Below are positions 63,576-64,000 of a stretch of DNA of 64,000 nt, piece after piece (position 1 is the stretch's first letter; every line of letters starts with the position of its first letter). The position numbers and the translations under genes are program-made. The notes below the pieces were generated by a model that saw only the letters and a program-made list of their open reading frames with translations, was not told the origin of the DNA and ran no database searches. The DNA is from Deltaproteobacteria bacterium (GTDB lineage: Bacteria; Myxococcota; Kuafuiibacteriia; Kuafuiibacteriales; Kuafuiibacteriaceae), in contig JAVJQW010000027.1 of NCBI GenBank assembly GCA_040218735.1, forward strand, positions 27,134 through 91,133, written 5' to 3'.

Positions 63576-64000
63576 GGAGGCCGTATCGGATAGCCGGGGT
63601 GGGAGTGCCCAGGTCCGGCTTCGCTTTTGGCGTCGGCCGGGGACGCTCTTCCGGTCAGAAGCCGTTCGTCTCGCCGGGTGTGGCCCCTCGGCTTCGCTGT
63701 TTGCCGAGGCGGGCGAGCCGAACTGATTCCCTACGGAGAGGTCCCCGCCCGCCGCCATCGCTCCGCTTCTCGAGTTGCCGCTCACCAGCGATCTCATGAG
63801 TGGAGTGACCCGGGGAGCTTCGATCCGACGCCCCGCCAATCGCGACCCGCTGCCCAGGCGCCCACTCCGCTCCGACATCGGGCGCGGCGACCTCGGTTCG
63901 GCTTGCTTTGCGACCGTCCGGCGCGGGGATCGCGTTGCGACGCTCGGCAGTACCTGGGCGCGTCGGCGGGGCGGTCCGGCTGTCGGAATCGCCGCGCCCG

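Overview
This is a high-GC, gene-dense bacterial window. Its gene content (many Ser/Thr kinases, sigma54 activators, ECF sigmas, DAG/DGG-linker lipoproteins, PEGA/VCBS proteins, an Hsp70 paralogue) points by inference to a Myxococcota-like organism. I call about 55 CDS and see no rRNA, tRNA, transposase, integrase or CRISPR array. The main coherent system is a sulfur-handling cluster (6.0-15.3 kb): persulfide dioxygenase-rhodanese, a Cys-tailed sigma54 activator, a Tat-less Psr/Soe-like molybdoenzyme with an FeS-NrfD fusion and TorD-like chaperone, a YeeE/YedE pair and a methyltransferase. Its sigma54 promoters are readable, and a distant SulP gene appears to share them. The most novel-looking signals are in the 405-bp divergent gap at 60.7-61.1 kb. 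One is a multi-stem RNA leader with an anti-SD switch in front of a BtrH-like gene with a basic N-terminal helical tag. The other is a metG leader with a Met-containing uORF, an RBS-sequestering stem and a tRNA-Met anticodon-loop-like heptamer. Also notable are back-to-back ECF promoters, sigma28-like promoters, a UDP-sugar dehydrogenase lacking its catalytic Cys, several odd secreted-protein architectures and an 80-bp tandem repeat. All calls come from motif recognition by eye; no searches were run.
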